Shown here: piece after piece, positions 49,596 through 62,618 of the stretch
How the letters are laid out: every line of letters starts with the position of its first letter
How positions within the stretch are numbered: the first letter of the stretch is position 1
Assembly: GCA_000708835.1 (NCBI GenBank)
Contig: DF237464.1
Location: forward strand, 1,666-65,665
DNA length: 64,000 bases
DNA from: Klebsormidium nitens
Taxonomy: Eukaryota > Plantae > Klebsormidiophyceae
Reading direction: 5' to 3'
Made by a program: the position numbers and the translations under genes
The notes under the pieces: generated by a model
Databases searched by the model: none
Told to the model about the DNA's origin: nothing
Seen by the model: the letters and a program-made list of their open reading frames with translations, nothing else

Positions 49596-52500
49596 TCATT
49601 GCTCTTTGCGCTCCTTAGACGACTCTTTGTACCGACCGTAGTCTCGCCACGCCCAAGACGACACAAAGATCACATAGACCACGGCCGCGGTGCTCCAGCC
49701 TGCCTTTATGTAGAAGGGCATCGGTTTGTGGAACATGCCTGCACGCACGACCCACGTGACATTATTGAACGCATCGACGTCTTTGGGTGCGAAAGCCCGT
49801 GGAAACAAGGTAGTGACTAGGGCTCTGATTGCGGAGTCCTTCGCTTTGCATCTGCCAAAGAGCCTGGCCGCCCGCTCTGAAGAGAGATGCAACGGCCGCT
49901 TAGACAATCGCAAAGCAGGTCCTCAAAACAACGTGGCGCAAAGTGGCCTAAGCGGACGGGTCCTTTGCTTACCTTGGCCAAACTTGAAGCAGATGAGGGT
50001 CTCCAGGAGGACATTGGCGAGGGCCAGCCAGCAGAAAGGACCGACCTTGCTCACATCCCCCCTGCACAGCGCCGACAGTCAGTGAGGATCTAGAGTCTAC
50101 GACGGGCCCATAGTACATTTCACAAGGCTCTAACACACGCGCCCTCAAGTCCCTGTGGAGCGATCATGAGTGCAGGTCGCCTGAACTTTGACGAAAAGCA
50201 CGATGTAATTGGCGGGCTTGCCTTGCTTGCACGAACACGTTGAACTCGCGCACGGCTGGGTTGGCAATCAGCCACCAGAGCAGCAGGCGGTACGTGTTGA
50301 GGGGGTTGCGGGGCGGGACCCAGAGCTCGTACTTGAGGAAGAAGGCGTTCACCTCCACCGTTAAGAAGTGCAGAGCAGTCAAGGAACAAGCGGAAAATAG
50401 CGCAGGCAAGGAAGGGGCGAGGCAATACGCCTGAGAGCCACGTCAAAAGCATGTCGCGAGCAGCAAGCCAACTGCTTGAAAGAAAGCAGCGGAGGAAACA
50501 ATCAACACTGATCAAACTCCATGGCGTGCAATCAGCAGTCACTTGACGCACGAGACGCCAACTGCAATTCTCTGAGTCGATTCAAAGTCAAAGCTGCGAC
50601 GACAGTCGGATGAAGGCACCAGGACTCGATTCTTCGACAATGCAGAGAGATGACACTGAGGGCAAGCTTGTGAGGATATGACAAGGACGAGAAGCGTCGA
50701 CAGCACGAATTGCTTGGGGCCCGAGAGGGGGTCAATGGTGTCTTTGTCCCAGGATGCAGGGGTGAACTGGCTGAGGGAGCGCTTGACCTGAAGGTCAGAC
50801 AGACAGACCTGATCAGCAAAGTGCACAGAACGGAACAAGCTCAAGGCCGAATCGGATGCGGGTATGTGTGGCCAATCACGGCCGTAGTCCCTGGCAATGA
50901 TCTGGGCCTAGGCATGGGAGAGTGACGCCCTGCCGAAATTGCAACGGCTGCTTACCTTGCCCGTCAGTGTCGGCTGCTTGCTGATGCCCACCCACGTGTA
51001 CGTCTTGCCCTCGAAATATTTGACAGTCTTCATCCCCGCCCAAATGCCTGGACACAACCAATGCACTGCGTGTGAGCAGAGGACGATCGAAAGGGCGTCC
51101 AGAGGCACTCGAGACATCCACCCCAGAACCGACCTTTTCCGCAAGCTGCACCGTGAAGAAGGTAAGCACCAACCTTCCATGTCAAGATCGAGCTTTACGA
51201 ATAATTGTCGAACATTCAGTGTTTTGGAACTCTCTGTCAACGCCCGCTTTTCGCCGCCTGCCTCACCGAGCCAATTGCAGACCAGGATGTCCAGAATGAG
51301 CGCATCCCACCAGCACTCGTTGAAGTTGGGCAACATGTGGTTGAATGTCACCTGCACGACACATTAGGAGGGTACAACTTCAAGTGCACAATGACAAAGG
51401 AGCGTTACACGATCCCCTGCCTCAGGAACTTTGGCGTGGAGTAGAAGCATGTCATTTGGGTAAGACGAGGAGTGAGGTTGAGGCAGGCAGAACAACCCCG
51501 ACTGAGAACATCGTGTAATATGCAAGTTTTCCCTGCTTATCCCTCACCTCCATGAGCTCGAATCCAATGGACAACGTCCAGATGAGGCCCATGCTGCGAA
51601 GGGTGATAGCCTTGCAGTACCAACCGAGAACATGGGCAATCACAAACTCGTCGAACAAGGTATCCTGCACCAAGAAGATGCAAGAGATTTTGGAACACAT
51701 GTTGTCATCGTGGAGAGGCACAGGACTATCATTTTCTAACCACTTTATTGCCCAAGGCCTTTGGCAGGCCTATACTCTCAAAACGGAAGCACTTTGACTG
51801 CCAACAAAGCGAAGGAAGAGCTCTTTGTTTGCAACAAGACCACGCAGCTCCCAACTTTTGCAGAGCTGAGAGACTCCCTGAATAAGGTCGTTGGCGCTTC
51901 TTACATACACGTTCTTGAATTTGTTGGCATGCTCAGGTGTATAGATTCGGCAATCTGCTCCATATGCTCTTTCATGCAGATCTGCAGACAAATATAAGAA
52001 GACTTGCCTTCGAAGTCCATAAAACAACCATGTATGCCTGTCCTTTTGCGACTATATATCAGCTAAAAGTAACTCAAGTCTCATGGCATTTAGGTAGAGT
52101 GCCCAAGCAAGCAGGACTTGCCATCGAAACGAAATGAAGCCAGGAGCATCTTGTCACAAGTTCTAATCTCCAAGAGGCTCACCGACGCCAAGCTCCGGAT
52201 ACAAGTACTTGAGGAATTGTCGGGCATCCTCGGCGGTCTGATACAGAACAAAAGTTATAAGTATGGCTTTGTTCCTACTGGAAAAGCTCCAAACAGCGAC
52301 AAGCTAGCCATCACCTCCTTTTTAAATGGAATCTAGACCACAAATACTGAAGACATGTTTCAATCTATAAATGATACAAGCGCCACGTTCGACCCACTGT
52401 CTTTGTAACTTGTGCAAGAAGTTGTGGCTACTAACCTGAAACAGCGTGAATGTAAGCACAACCAGGTAGACAATTGCCGCTCCATGGACGAGGCGCCAGA

Positions 52501-53598
52501 GAGCAGGGTGAGGGCGGATCAGCAGCCTGAAACACAGCGCCACTCCCAGTGTGAGGGCTGTTGCTTCCCAGTAGAATGACAGAAAATCTGCCACTTGAAT
52601 GCACCTCCAAACTGCAGGATGCACTGAACGAGGACACTGTGCCCTTCAGTTGTGGATTGTCCACTAGTGAGTGATAAAAGCAATGTAGTAACAAGTAACA
52701 ACGGCTGTACTCACGTGTCTGGAGCGCGCAGTAGTGAGTAGCCAAGGTAGACAGCAACCATGCCACATATGCCCCTGCACAGAGAACAGCTTAAACTTAG
52801 CTAATGCAGTCATTTTGAATTTCCGCACCCTTGTGTCATGATCAACTTAGAGAATCTGCAGAGATCAGTGAGCAATCAGATGGTAAGTGTTATGACTCAA
52901 GTTCTGCGGCAGACAAGCTTGCCCAATCAAGAATGACTGTATGTACCACTACAGCTTGATGTAGTGGCAGGGGAAAGTGCCCGGAGGAAAGATGTACGCA
53001 CCTCTTTACGTTGGAGACAGGATCCAAGTTTTGCTCAGCCGTATTCAGTGTTCCGCTTGCATACCTGAAGGGATCATACAGCTTCTGATGTTGCCATCGT
53101 CAAAACAATAGTAGCAATTGTTCTCCGCACTAGCGAGGATCTCATGCTCTTGTGGCCACAAAACTGAGCGCTGGCATACATGCGGCAAGGTGCCAGATTG
53201 TGCGCCAATCAGAGGCTGCTACAGTGATTCGTCAAGTAAGCATACTTTCCAGTGTGCTCCATTGCTTGTATCTTTCATTTGACTGAAGTGTGTTTGCAAC
53301 GGAACAGCTGATTATTCCACAACTGCTTCGATAACCAACTCCAGAGCTCACGACTTCGAATTACGCCAGAGGAACTTGCTCAATATCTTGGTTTATGCTG
53401 CATGCGGCATTGGCCAATCCAGCCAAAAAAACCAGATCAGGACCGACCACATGGTGGTGAGACTTACACCAGTGCAAACACTCCGGCGAAGAGCGCTGTG
53501 ATTGTGTGGGGTTTGTAGGCCCATGCGACCCATGGATCAATGTCGTCAATACCTGAAGGATGGCTGGCAAGTTTCCGCTCGCTCTCCTTTGAATCCAT
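49596..53598 (-). CDS. PSS1: Phosphatidylserine synthase (serine base-exchange, PTDSS/PSS1 type); 13 exons
   Basis: Motifs across exons: [16 protein letters not shown] (exon 53598-53468), [130 protein letters not shown]. Last exons are 50367-50222, 50061-49973 and 49738-49596. Confidence 0.95.
50368..50679 (-). other. U12-type (minor spliceosome) AT-AC intron in PSS1, 312 nt
   Basis: 5' end ATATCCTC (from 50679), branch site TTCCTTGAC (50386-50378), 3' end ..TGCAC (50368). Removing it gives ...LLVLV|FLTVEVN, which restores the conserved FLTVE motif. No AG acceptor does this. Confidence 0.92.
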
Positions 53599-55023
53599 TT
53601 TCTCTGACGCCCTGACGCCCTGACTTTGCAATGCCAAGGAAGCGGCGCTAGCTAATGTCAATTGCAGCGATTGGATATCAGCCAGCAGATTCAGCTGACG
53701 AAGAGAGTGCATGGAACCCGTCTGAACCGTCAGGGGCAGAGAGGGCCCGCCGCCAATCCGCCCACCACCAATGCCAACGGCATCATGCCAATGCCAACAA
53801 TGGTGAGCACTGCCGATCAACAGTGCAGGCACACACCCATGCCAATGCCAATAGAAAGGTACCTGCAGGCTGCCCAGTGCGCAACAACCAAGTGGCGCAC
53901 CCAGTTCACACCACTTGACTTCAATTGCTGTCACAGTCAGTGTTACATTCCAACCTTCCTCACCCGGCTTGCTCCTGGTTAGTTCCAAAGGCCAAATTTA
54001 GGGCCCTTAACCATAGCTAACCAGGACCATGCTCCGTTGATTTGGCAATATATCGGTACCTATTGGACGAATTCAACTTCAAATCAATACCGTACGAGCC
54101 CCAGAACCGAATCGGGTCCAGAAGTGGATTGGGCTGAGCTAGAAGTGGATCGGTTAATATTTGTTATCTTGTTCCAGTCTACGGCGATCGCCGATCCGTC
54201 AAATTTTCTTGCTCTTTTTGACCAAAATCGAAGGTTTTCAGGGCTGCAAGGACCTCCTCGGGGCCAAATGATAATCCGACTGCTGCTCTCGATGGGGTTC
54301 AGTAAGACAGGATATGTGCAGAAAACCGCGTCTCAAATGGTCCATATTCGGTCCCAGCATTGCAAATAAGCGCTTGAAAAATAAGGTGAGCCGGTATAGG
54401 GTCTCGTACGGTAATACCAATTTCGATGTGAAAGCTTTTTGCCGCATCAATTCTGGACCAAGTTGAACCGTCGATTGAACAGCAGACCGCTCGATGGCCA
54501 GCAATGCAAGGTCAGGCGCCGGAACTAGGAGTTCAAAGTATCCCAGTTCAAAGTCACCTGCGGGTCTACGAGGCGGGTGTCGAATTTCGCCATCGATGAA
54601 CATCGGACGGCTTCTGTATTCCAGATCAGGTTTGACGAGCACATCGGACGGTCATAAACTTCAGAAGACGGTTTGACCGGAGAAACTGCACTTAGCTCGC
54701 CTGCATAGGCCTGGGCCCTGCACTCAGCACGGCCCGGGAGTGCACCGTCGCTAGGAAGGCTCTACCGGTAGCCTCTGCCCCCCAAGACCGTCACTCGAAG
54801 TCGAACCCTCGAGATTTCTGTCAAGAAAGTTGAACTTGTAACTTTGGAAGTTGGAAGGAGTCCATCTCGATCGCGCCGTGGCAGACAGGCTGAGACAGGC
54901 CCAATTTCCAGGGCGCACTGCTTCAATTTCAACTTTCAATCAAGATCCACAAAAAAAGCCTTTTGGTGGCAAGGCAGGGAGTGATTGGATCTTGGCAACC
55001 CTTTGATCAGCAATTGCGCAAAC

Positions 55024-57262
55024 ATGCCTCCTCCTCAGCAGACCTCGTTGATATACAGTTTTGTGGCGAGGTCCAAGACGGTCTTGGCAGAATATACGGC
55101 CTTCTCTGGAAACTTCAGCACGGTTGCTGTACAGTGCTTAGAGAAATTGCCTCCCAACAATAACAAGTTCACATACACATGTGATGGACACACATTCAAC
55201 TACCTGGTTGAAGATGGATTCAGTGAGTTTCCGGAATCTTCGAGCCCCATTGTGATGTTCACAGATTTCTAAGCGGCCCATCATTGGATAAATGGCGAGT
55301 TTACTTGTCATGCTCGTCTAGCATATAGATCTCTACACCAAATGAAGTTGCCAATGGATTCTATAGTGTGGTTCCCCTCCCCCCAAATCATCTTTCTGGC
55401 AAGTCCCTCTCCTGACCGCGCTTACTTCGTTGGATTCTATCTGTGCAGCGTACTTGGTCGTCGCAACAGAAGAGTTTGGCAGGCAAATACCGTTTGCTTT
55501 CTTGGAGCGTGTACGAGATGATTTTAAGCGGAGATATGGGGGCGGCAAGGCAGACACAGCGATTGCCCATGCACTGGACAAGGATTTTGGGTATGTGTCT
55601 GGGTGTTGTATGCATCTATTGGGATTTGCATAGAAACAGTTGTCTCGTCGAAGCTTGGACTTGTCATACCTGTGCTTCTATTGAGAGTTGCTTTTCAAAA
55701 CAGAAGTCCTGCCCACGGCAGAGACCTACAACAATTCTGGAGCAGTCCCTGGGCAGCCTCACATGGGAAGGGGCTCGAACACATGCCAATTGTGATCATT
55801 TGCAACTGCCAAGTGATTGTTCTTTGCGCTAGGTGCAGTCAACACAAGTTTCTCTTAGAAGTTGTTCGGTGGTTGTCTTGCACACCTGATTCATGGTTGC
55901 ACACAAACCGACTGGAGTAGAAGTAAAATTAGGGTTTGCAGCCGTTTTGCAGTTGATGCTTGCAAGATTGGCTTCCCGTCCTTCAAAGACGTGGCCCACC
56001 TATGCAGCATCATAGGTTCGAGCACAGTATCTCAACGCGTCATAAGCATCTTGATGTCTGCTCATTCGGAAAATTCGTTGGCAAGGGTTGCAAGGTCAAG
56101 GGGCAGCGGGGACTTGAGGGGGTACCTAGGTGCTAATATGCTGGACACCCGCACGTTTTTGCAGGCCTAAGCTGCGCGATCACATGAATTACTGTGTCGA
56201 GCATCCAGACGAGGTCAGCAAGGTCTCAAAAGTGAAAGCTCAGGTGTCCGAGGTGAAGAACATCATGATGGACAACATCGAGAAGGTGAGCAATGCTTTC
56301 CTGATCCACGCATACTTTTCAGGGCACTGTACTGAAGGCTATTCATTCTAGAACACGCATTGTTGATCGATCTGCAGCTCCGCAAGTGGCCTTTATGTTG
56401 ATTTGATCATGCTTCTGCATCGCATGTTGCAACATGATTGGCCGGATGCTGCAAACCTTTATTGAATGGTACCAGCTCAGGGCTCATCTAAACGGTGTTG
56501 CTGTCTGCTTAGTGCTGATTACGGGTCTTCAGTAAGCACACTTTCAAGATTGAGGGCGTCGTCGATGCAAGGATGTTGTTTGTAACAGCCCCAAGAGGAA
56601 GACCTAATTCAGCAAGTTGTACTGAACTTTGTCAGGAGTATCCCGTCAGCATGGAGATACATACATGCTCAATGCTAAATCCAATTGGGCTGTTCCAGGT
56701 TTTGGATCGTGGTGAGAAGATTGAGCTTCTGGTGGACAAAACCGAAAACCTCCGGTTCCAGGTTAGTTGCATTGCTTTACTATGTTAATATTCTGCGTTC
56801 GCGTTGGGTAGCCCTTACTGTAGAAGACGATGTAAGGCCAACAACCACGATGTGTCAGGTGCATGCCTTGTGTCTATCGTCCTTTCTTGGGCTGCAGCTG
56901 CTCGGTGTTGGCGCTTCTTGCGACAGCTGGTTTGATTGTTGCGCGCGGAAGGCAATTGCCGCGCTTTCCGCTTTATTATTTTTGATTGGCCTTGATTTGT
57001 ACTCGTCGATTCGTTATGAAGGGCGGGAGTTTGTTAGCAGCCTCTTGTCTACTTTTGCTCTGGGTCGCGGTAAAATGCTTTGAAGCGCTGACTTCGTGTT
57101 TTGTTGGCTTTGCAGGCTGACAACTTCCAAAAGCAGGGTCGTTCCTTGAGAAGGAAGATGTGGATGCAAAACATGAAAATGAAGCTCATTGTGGCAGGCA
57201 TCATCATTGCCATCATCCTTATCATCTGGTTGGCAATCTGCAGGGGTTTTACTTGCAAGTAA
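55024..57262 (+). CDS. VAMP72: VAMP72-type longin R-SNARE
   Basis: Exons 55024-55222, 55449-55590, 56165-56285, 56699-56761 and 57116-57262. Motifs: [96 protein letters not shown], and a C-terminal TM helix. Confidence 0.97.
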
Positions 57263-58740
57263 GAGAATATCACATAGAGAGCTTCAACTCGGAGGGCCAA
57301 CAGTTGTATAACAGTAGTCAAAAGAATTATCGGGGGTTCTGATCTTGTGTACGTTTTTCGTTTGTAACTTTCATCGTGCATGATTTGCAAAACAGATTGG
57401 TTTGTTTTGGATGCCAATTCGTCGTAACCCAAGTTTTTGTCTGGGGGAATGCGTGTGATTGGAGGAAGGGTCGCAAGTGCATATGCAGTTGGTCGGTATA
57501 CCAGGACTGCCGCCTTGTGGCCAGATGTGCAAGTTTAGTTAGGCCAGTTATCTGCCGCAGGCATTTGGTATGTATCCAATGTATATTCGCATCATTACGT
57601 GGTGTGGTACTTGCTTGCACGATCTGGGCGGTACGAACTTGGCTAAGTTGTAATGAAAATTGCTAATGTTTGCCTCCCATGCAAATATGAGAGCCATGAG
57701 TACCAGCCTTTTTTACTACTTAGCGACTGCATATGATATGATACAGCTAGTGACTAGAGTTCGTCCGCATCGACCTTATCCAAAGTATCCGACTTGTCAA
57801 CGTATTCAGCTTTTGCCTCAGCTGAAGTTTTTAGTTTCCGGCATGGGGATCACTCGGGTTGAAGACTTGCCAATGACTATTCGTGATCAATGCTTGTGGC
57901 AATTTTTGCAACGCATTGTTGCGGCTCAATAGCCGAGTTCCTGAATGACGATAGATCTGCTCCCAAGCCTAGAACATTGAACTACCTACCAAGAGTGCTC
58001 CGAGACCTCAGGCTTTTTGGATGGCACGGCCTAGGTCTCAACAAGAGGAGACTCTGCGAACAAGACTGGACAGATCAGATTGGTCATCGTCTCCTTCAAT
58101 CGGAAACTACTTGCTAAATGCATAGGACACAGACTGGCGCTGGTGTATGGGCAAGAACCTGGCACAGGAAAGCCCGCCCGCAGTGACGACAGAGGGAGTT
58201 TCTCGGCCTCAAATGATCAAAACGATCCACGGCGCTCTCGCAGGTGGCAACCAGAATCAAAATCACGAACTACTACGTGCATGCTGCAAAAAAACTTGGT
58301 TCGTGTGACCCCAGGAAGGATAGACATAAGCGGTGAGCGAACATGACAATCGGCACTCGACGACGAGATTCGAGCTAGCGCCGTTCCATGCTTCGCAAAG
58401 AGACGCCTGGCCTTATCCAGATGGTGCACGTGGGAGGCTCGGGCGTCCGACTCTGAGAAGAAGGCAAAAGCACAAAACAAGGAGGCTTCGGTGGACCTCA
58501 CTGATCAGCAGATTGGAGTTCCAGTGTTGGGGAAGTGGTCGCCACCGGCAGCCTTGCTTCCGAGGCCGCTCGAAGCGAGCGTGGGTTCACCTGACGCACT
58601 TGCAGCAGCCCTGCAGGAAGCAGATCCAAATACGCGTGTCAGTGCCGATGCAAGCCGCAAAGTGGCTGCGCCGGCTGACAATCAACCCGATGGCAAGAAG
58701 AAGTGGCTGTTGCAAGCAGAGCACGGATCAGATTTCGTCG

Positions 58741-61353
58741 CTACAGATTCAACTTTGCGGGTTCTTTGCAAAAAGCCTTGAACAGGCACAACAAGCGGCA
58801 CACATCAGTTGATGTAAGAAAAGTGCAGTGACTGCAGATTGTCGCGCCACTGAAGGGAGGCGTAGATGAAGGACAATCCTCCCGCTGCAACTTACGTCCA
58901 GGATGACGAACTTGGCGATATCGGATCCGGGGGGTTTCTCCCACTGGGCGGAAAACACGGGGGGGCCCAGCAAGGCCTGCTGGTGGGGTCCTCCTGTACA
59001 ACCAGCGACCCAGGTCAAACTGGTGAGGGCAGCACACGCCGGTGCATCAAAAGAAGCGGAGTCAATCTGCAGACGATACATGACAACCGGCGGAGGGTTT
59101 TTCGAGTATGACAATTCACGTACCTGGGTCTGGAGAAGCGGGGCCCTGGAGCACCAGGCGGTGCGTCACAAAGTCCTGCACGACCAGGAAGCAGGCGGAT
59201 GCGATCAAACGCCGCTCGATGACCTTGGACGCTCCTGATCGAGCTCCCGTTACTCTTGTAACTCCGCACAGCATTGCTAGCTTGTTTCTGTTGCTTAGAC
59301 GGTCGACAATGCCTCTCCAGCTTGCTCGCATGCCTGGCTCCGAGGTTTGCTGCTTGCCTGCCATACGGCCGGCATGTACTCCTTGTGGTACAGCACCGCC
59401 TTCTGCGGCAGCTCCGGGTCCTCGTCCTCGTGGCTGCCCCTCGCGCCCTCCTGAGGGGAGCGTCCCGATGCAGTGGTGGAACCGGACCCGTAGGGCCGCC
59501 ACCGGTTTGGGGCCCCTATCGCAGACTTCGTCGCCAGCATGAGGGGCCGGTGTCGCTTCATGATGTGCTTCAGCTCCGTGACTACCGCTTTTGACAGCCC
59601 CGACTGGGTCAGCGCGTCACTGAAACAAGGAGGGAGCGATGAAGGAGGAAGTTTGGCGCCCGGAGTTTGCAGAATCTGTCACCAGAACGAGATGGTCTCG
59701 AGCATGTTCTCGGTCAGACCACAAGAGAAAAGAATCGCACAGGCAAGGTGACCGAAATCACTAGATTTGTAAATCATGGAAATCATGGCGGGCGACACAA
59801 CAGCACTCCCTTGGCGGCACTCACCGATGCCCTGCCCAAAGATGCAGGCCCTTGTCCAGCCAATGGAACGCACCGATGCTGGAGAGAGAGGGGGGAACAG
59901 CTCAGCGCAGGGCAGGGGCTTCGATGAGAAGATCCTGTGGGACAAGGTCTGAAGAATATCAACAGGAACAACGCCCGCACATCAGATGCTAGACAAGAGA
60001 AGCCCAAGAAGCTTAGCACCCAGGCTCATGGTCTTGACAAACCTGAGAGTAATGGGAGATCACAAATGGATTCCCACCTGTCAATACAGATAAGGTGGAG
60101 ACTGTCTGGGCCATGATTCTGGACTATCTGGCGAATTTCCGGTTGTAACATCTGCAATCCAGAACATCCCTGCCGTCAGATCCAAAGTTGCATAAGATGA
60201 CCTTCTCTTCTCACGCCCACCTCCACTAGAAAGGCTTGTATAGAAGCTGCAGACGACCGCCTGATTATGCAAGTCGATAGTTTGGGAGTTGTTTGGTTCA
60301 GTAGCAAGACCATCACACACATGTACACTCCAACTGATCAATCCTTCGACATGGAAACGAGACCCCACCTTGAGCGCTGCAAGGAGATGGAAGCTGTTGT
60401 GGCAGTGCAGCAAGCGGAACCTTCGCAGGCTGGCAGTGAAGACCTGAGAAAGGGCGTCCGCATCACCTCCGCCCTGAGCAACTGCGACATGGCAAAGACG
60501 CTGGCCTTTGCATACAAGCGATCAACCCCAAGGAATCTCATAGAAACGATTGGAAGCTTAAGCTCTCCTCAGGGTGGAACTGCATGGATTCACATCAAAC
60601 AGACACTTCCATGCACAATGAGCGAATGATCAGCAAAACGCACAAGAATCTTGCCAAAGATGTCAACCCGGGGGCTTATGCCGGGTACCAAGGGGAAAAG
60701 CCCCATAAAAGATTGAACACCAAAGGGAAGTAGTCTACCTTGAGCCTCATTGATCCTCGACTCCAGAATTCGTACCAAGCGCAGAATGTCAAATCTGCCG
60801 TCCAGATCAAAGAACAGGGCTGCTCCTCCCGCCCCACCGTAGCCCACCCCGTCTACCTCTGAAGGAAGTATACACGTTGCAACTGCCTGCACCCCCCAAT
60901 AGGGAGTTTATTTGTTTCGTTCCAGGAGATTTAAGGTTGCTTCAGGCATTGTATGCTTTTTCCTTCAACATCCCTTCTTTCGAAGACGCTCCAATGGAAG
61001 CAGTGTCAAACTTGATGTGGCACTGCATTCTAATCTTGCCTGTCTGATTCCACACAAGCTCAATGCTGAACTAAACAGTCTTCTGGTCCACAAATGTGGC
61101 ACAACCTTGATAGCTGCCGCATAGGCTACATGAGAGGCAGTAGCTGTACCTGCGTGAGAATCTCTGTTTTGCCACTCCCACTGGCTCCAAAGATTTCCAC
61201 AACATTCCCTGGCCGTATTGCTGCACTATCAATGAACGGCACCGACGTCCCCAAGGGCTCCACAAAAGTACGCAACAGAAAGTCCCTCATGCTTTCATCT
61301 GGCTGTAAAAAGCGGAGGAGAGCCTCCTCAGGATATTCGCTGCTCCCATCCAT
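58741..61353 (-). CDS. XRCC2: XRCC2, RAD51 paralogue; final exon uncertain
   Basis: Exons 61353-61150, 60886-60739, 60481-60369, 60151-60078, 59878-59825, 59619-59358, 59175-59124 and 58993-58896, plus a short terminal exon (tentatively ending 58741). Motifs: GNVVEIFGASGSGKTEIL (Walker A), CILPSEVDGVGYGG..FDLDGRFDILRL, LICIDSIGAFHWLD (Walker B region), LATKS, EYMPAVWQDFVTHR. Confidence 0.9.
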
Positions 61354-61420
61354 CTTTGGGCAGGTCGTTCGACTCCTGGATTCTGCGCCAGCCACCGTCG
61401 CTGCCCGCCACCTCTGTCAT

Positions 61421-61441
61421 CACCACCACCACCACCACCAC
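61421..61441. repeat. (CAC)7 microsatellite upstream of the XRCC2 ATG (probable 5' UTR)
   Basis: Read directly. On the XRCC2 strand it lies upstream of an in-frame stop, so it is not coding. Confidence 0.8.
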
Positions 61442-62554
61442 ATCACGACCGCCACCACCAGCCTGCAGGTCTTCCTCAAGTTAAGAATCGCCTGGACGCA
61501 GCTCAATTTACAGCTATAACTTTAAGCAAACCAATGCAGGCTTTCTTCTTGTCTGATTGCAGTTTGCACGGATTGGGAGGGGGAACCCGGAAGATCCTCT
61601 GATACAGCACGAAATGGGTTTACTAGAATTGGTTTAGGGCGTCAGGAACATCTTCCGGGCACTGCGAGGCGCCGGATGTCAGCGGTGTGTGACATCTGAA
61701 GCTAGAAAATAATCTACAGTCATTGACACCGGACACGGACTACTCCTCGGTAAAAGTAAAGCGATAGATAACCTAGGCGTCATCTGGTATGGATGCATGA
61801 TCGCCTTGCACAATCATGAAGAACTTGCAAATTGTTGCGAGCTCAAGCCTCAGCTGGATTGATTCTCTTGTTTGCTATTCGACAACATGTCGAATGCAAT
61901 TGTCATGCAATTGTGAGAGAGCGAACAGATTGATTTGGAAGCGCAAAGTGGAGCAAGCAGGGAAGCGCAAAGTGGAGCAAGCAGAACGCTACGAGAGTAG
62001 CGGCCTGGCCCCACGGTAACCATTAATTAATATGTGGGCAACTCGTGCCCTGTACGAGTTCGACAGTGGGATGGCCATGATATCGGGCCAGAGCCCCAAG
62101 GCAGCGCCTTGCTTCGACCGTAAGCGTCGAACTAAAGTATTTGTCAACAAAACAGCTAACGCAGGCGTTATTACCGTGGGGCCAAACGTGGCCGTAACAA
62201 GTTCGTACAGAACTACAACTATCGCCTGGAACCTGCACTAGCACTCAGCTACCTGGTTAAGCAAACTAAGGCGTTAACTAGCTACAGCTGGCGCGCGGGC
62301 CATCAAAAACCCTTCGCGGGGTCGGGTCCGACAGGAGCCACGCCATACGCGGTAGGGAAAAGGTATCCGCGCGCGTCCGCCGAGCAGGGACGCGGCCGCG
62401 CCGAGGTAGCTGAGAGCTGGTGCAGGCTCCAGGAGAACGGCAGATCTGTGGAGGAGATGCAAAGGGCGGGAGGGCGGGAAAAGAGTGCACGATCGTAGCA
62501 AACTTGCGTGCTAGAAAGCTTGGCAGAATGAAGAAATGAGCGGGAGATTGCTCA

Positions 62555-62618
62555 TTTTATACTGCTGAAGTCGCGCACGCGGCCGCTGCGCGGCCGCGCT
62601 GCGCGGCCGCGCTGCGCG
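62555..62618 (-). promoter_or_regulatory. Putative element promoter: about three 13-bp GC-rich tandem units (gcgcggccgcgct) followed by TATAAAA
   Basis: Tandem units at about 62577-62618, then TATAAAA at 62561-62555 on the minus strand, within the inferred A2 repeat. Function is inferred only. Confidence 0.45.

Noticed and set aside
54037-54939. ORFs of 60-134 aa between PSS1 and VAMP72
   Set aside because: No motifs or splice structure. The region looks like a CpG-rich divergent promoter with GGCCCA (site II-like) motifs, and no TIR pair was found.
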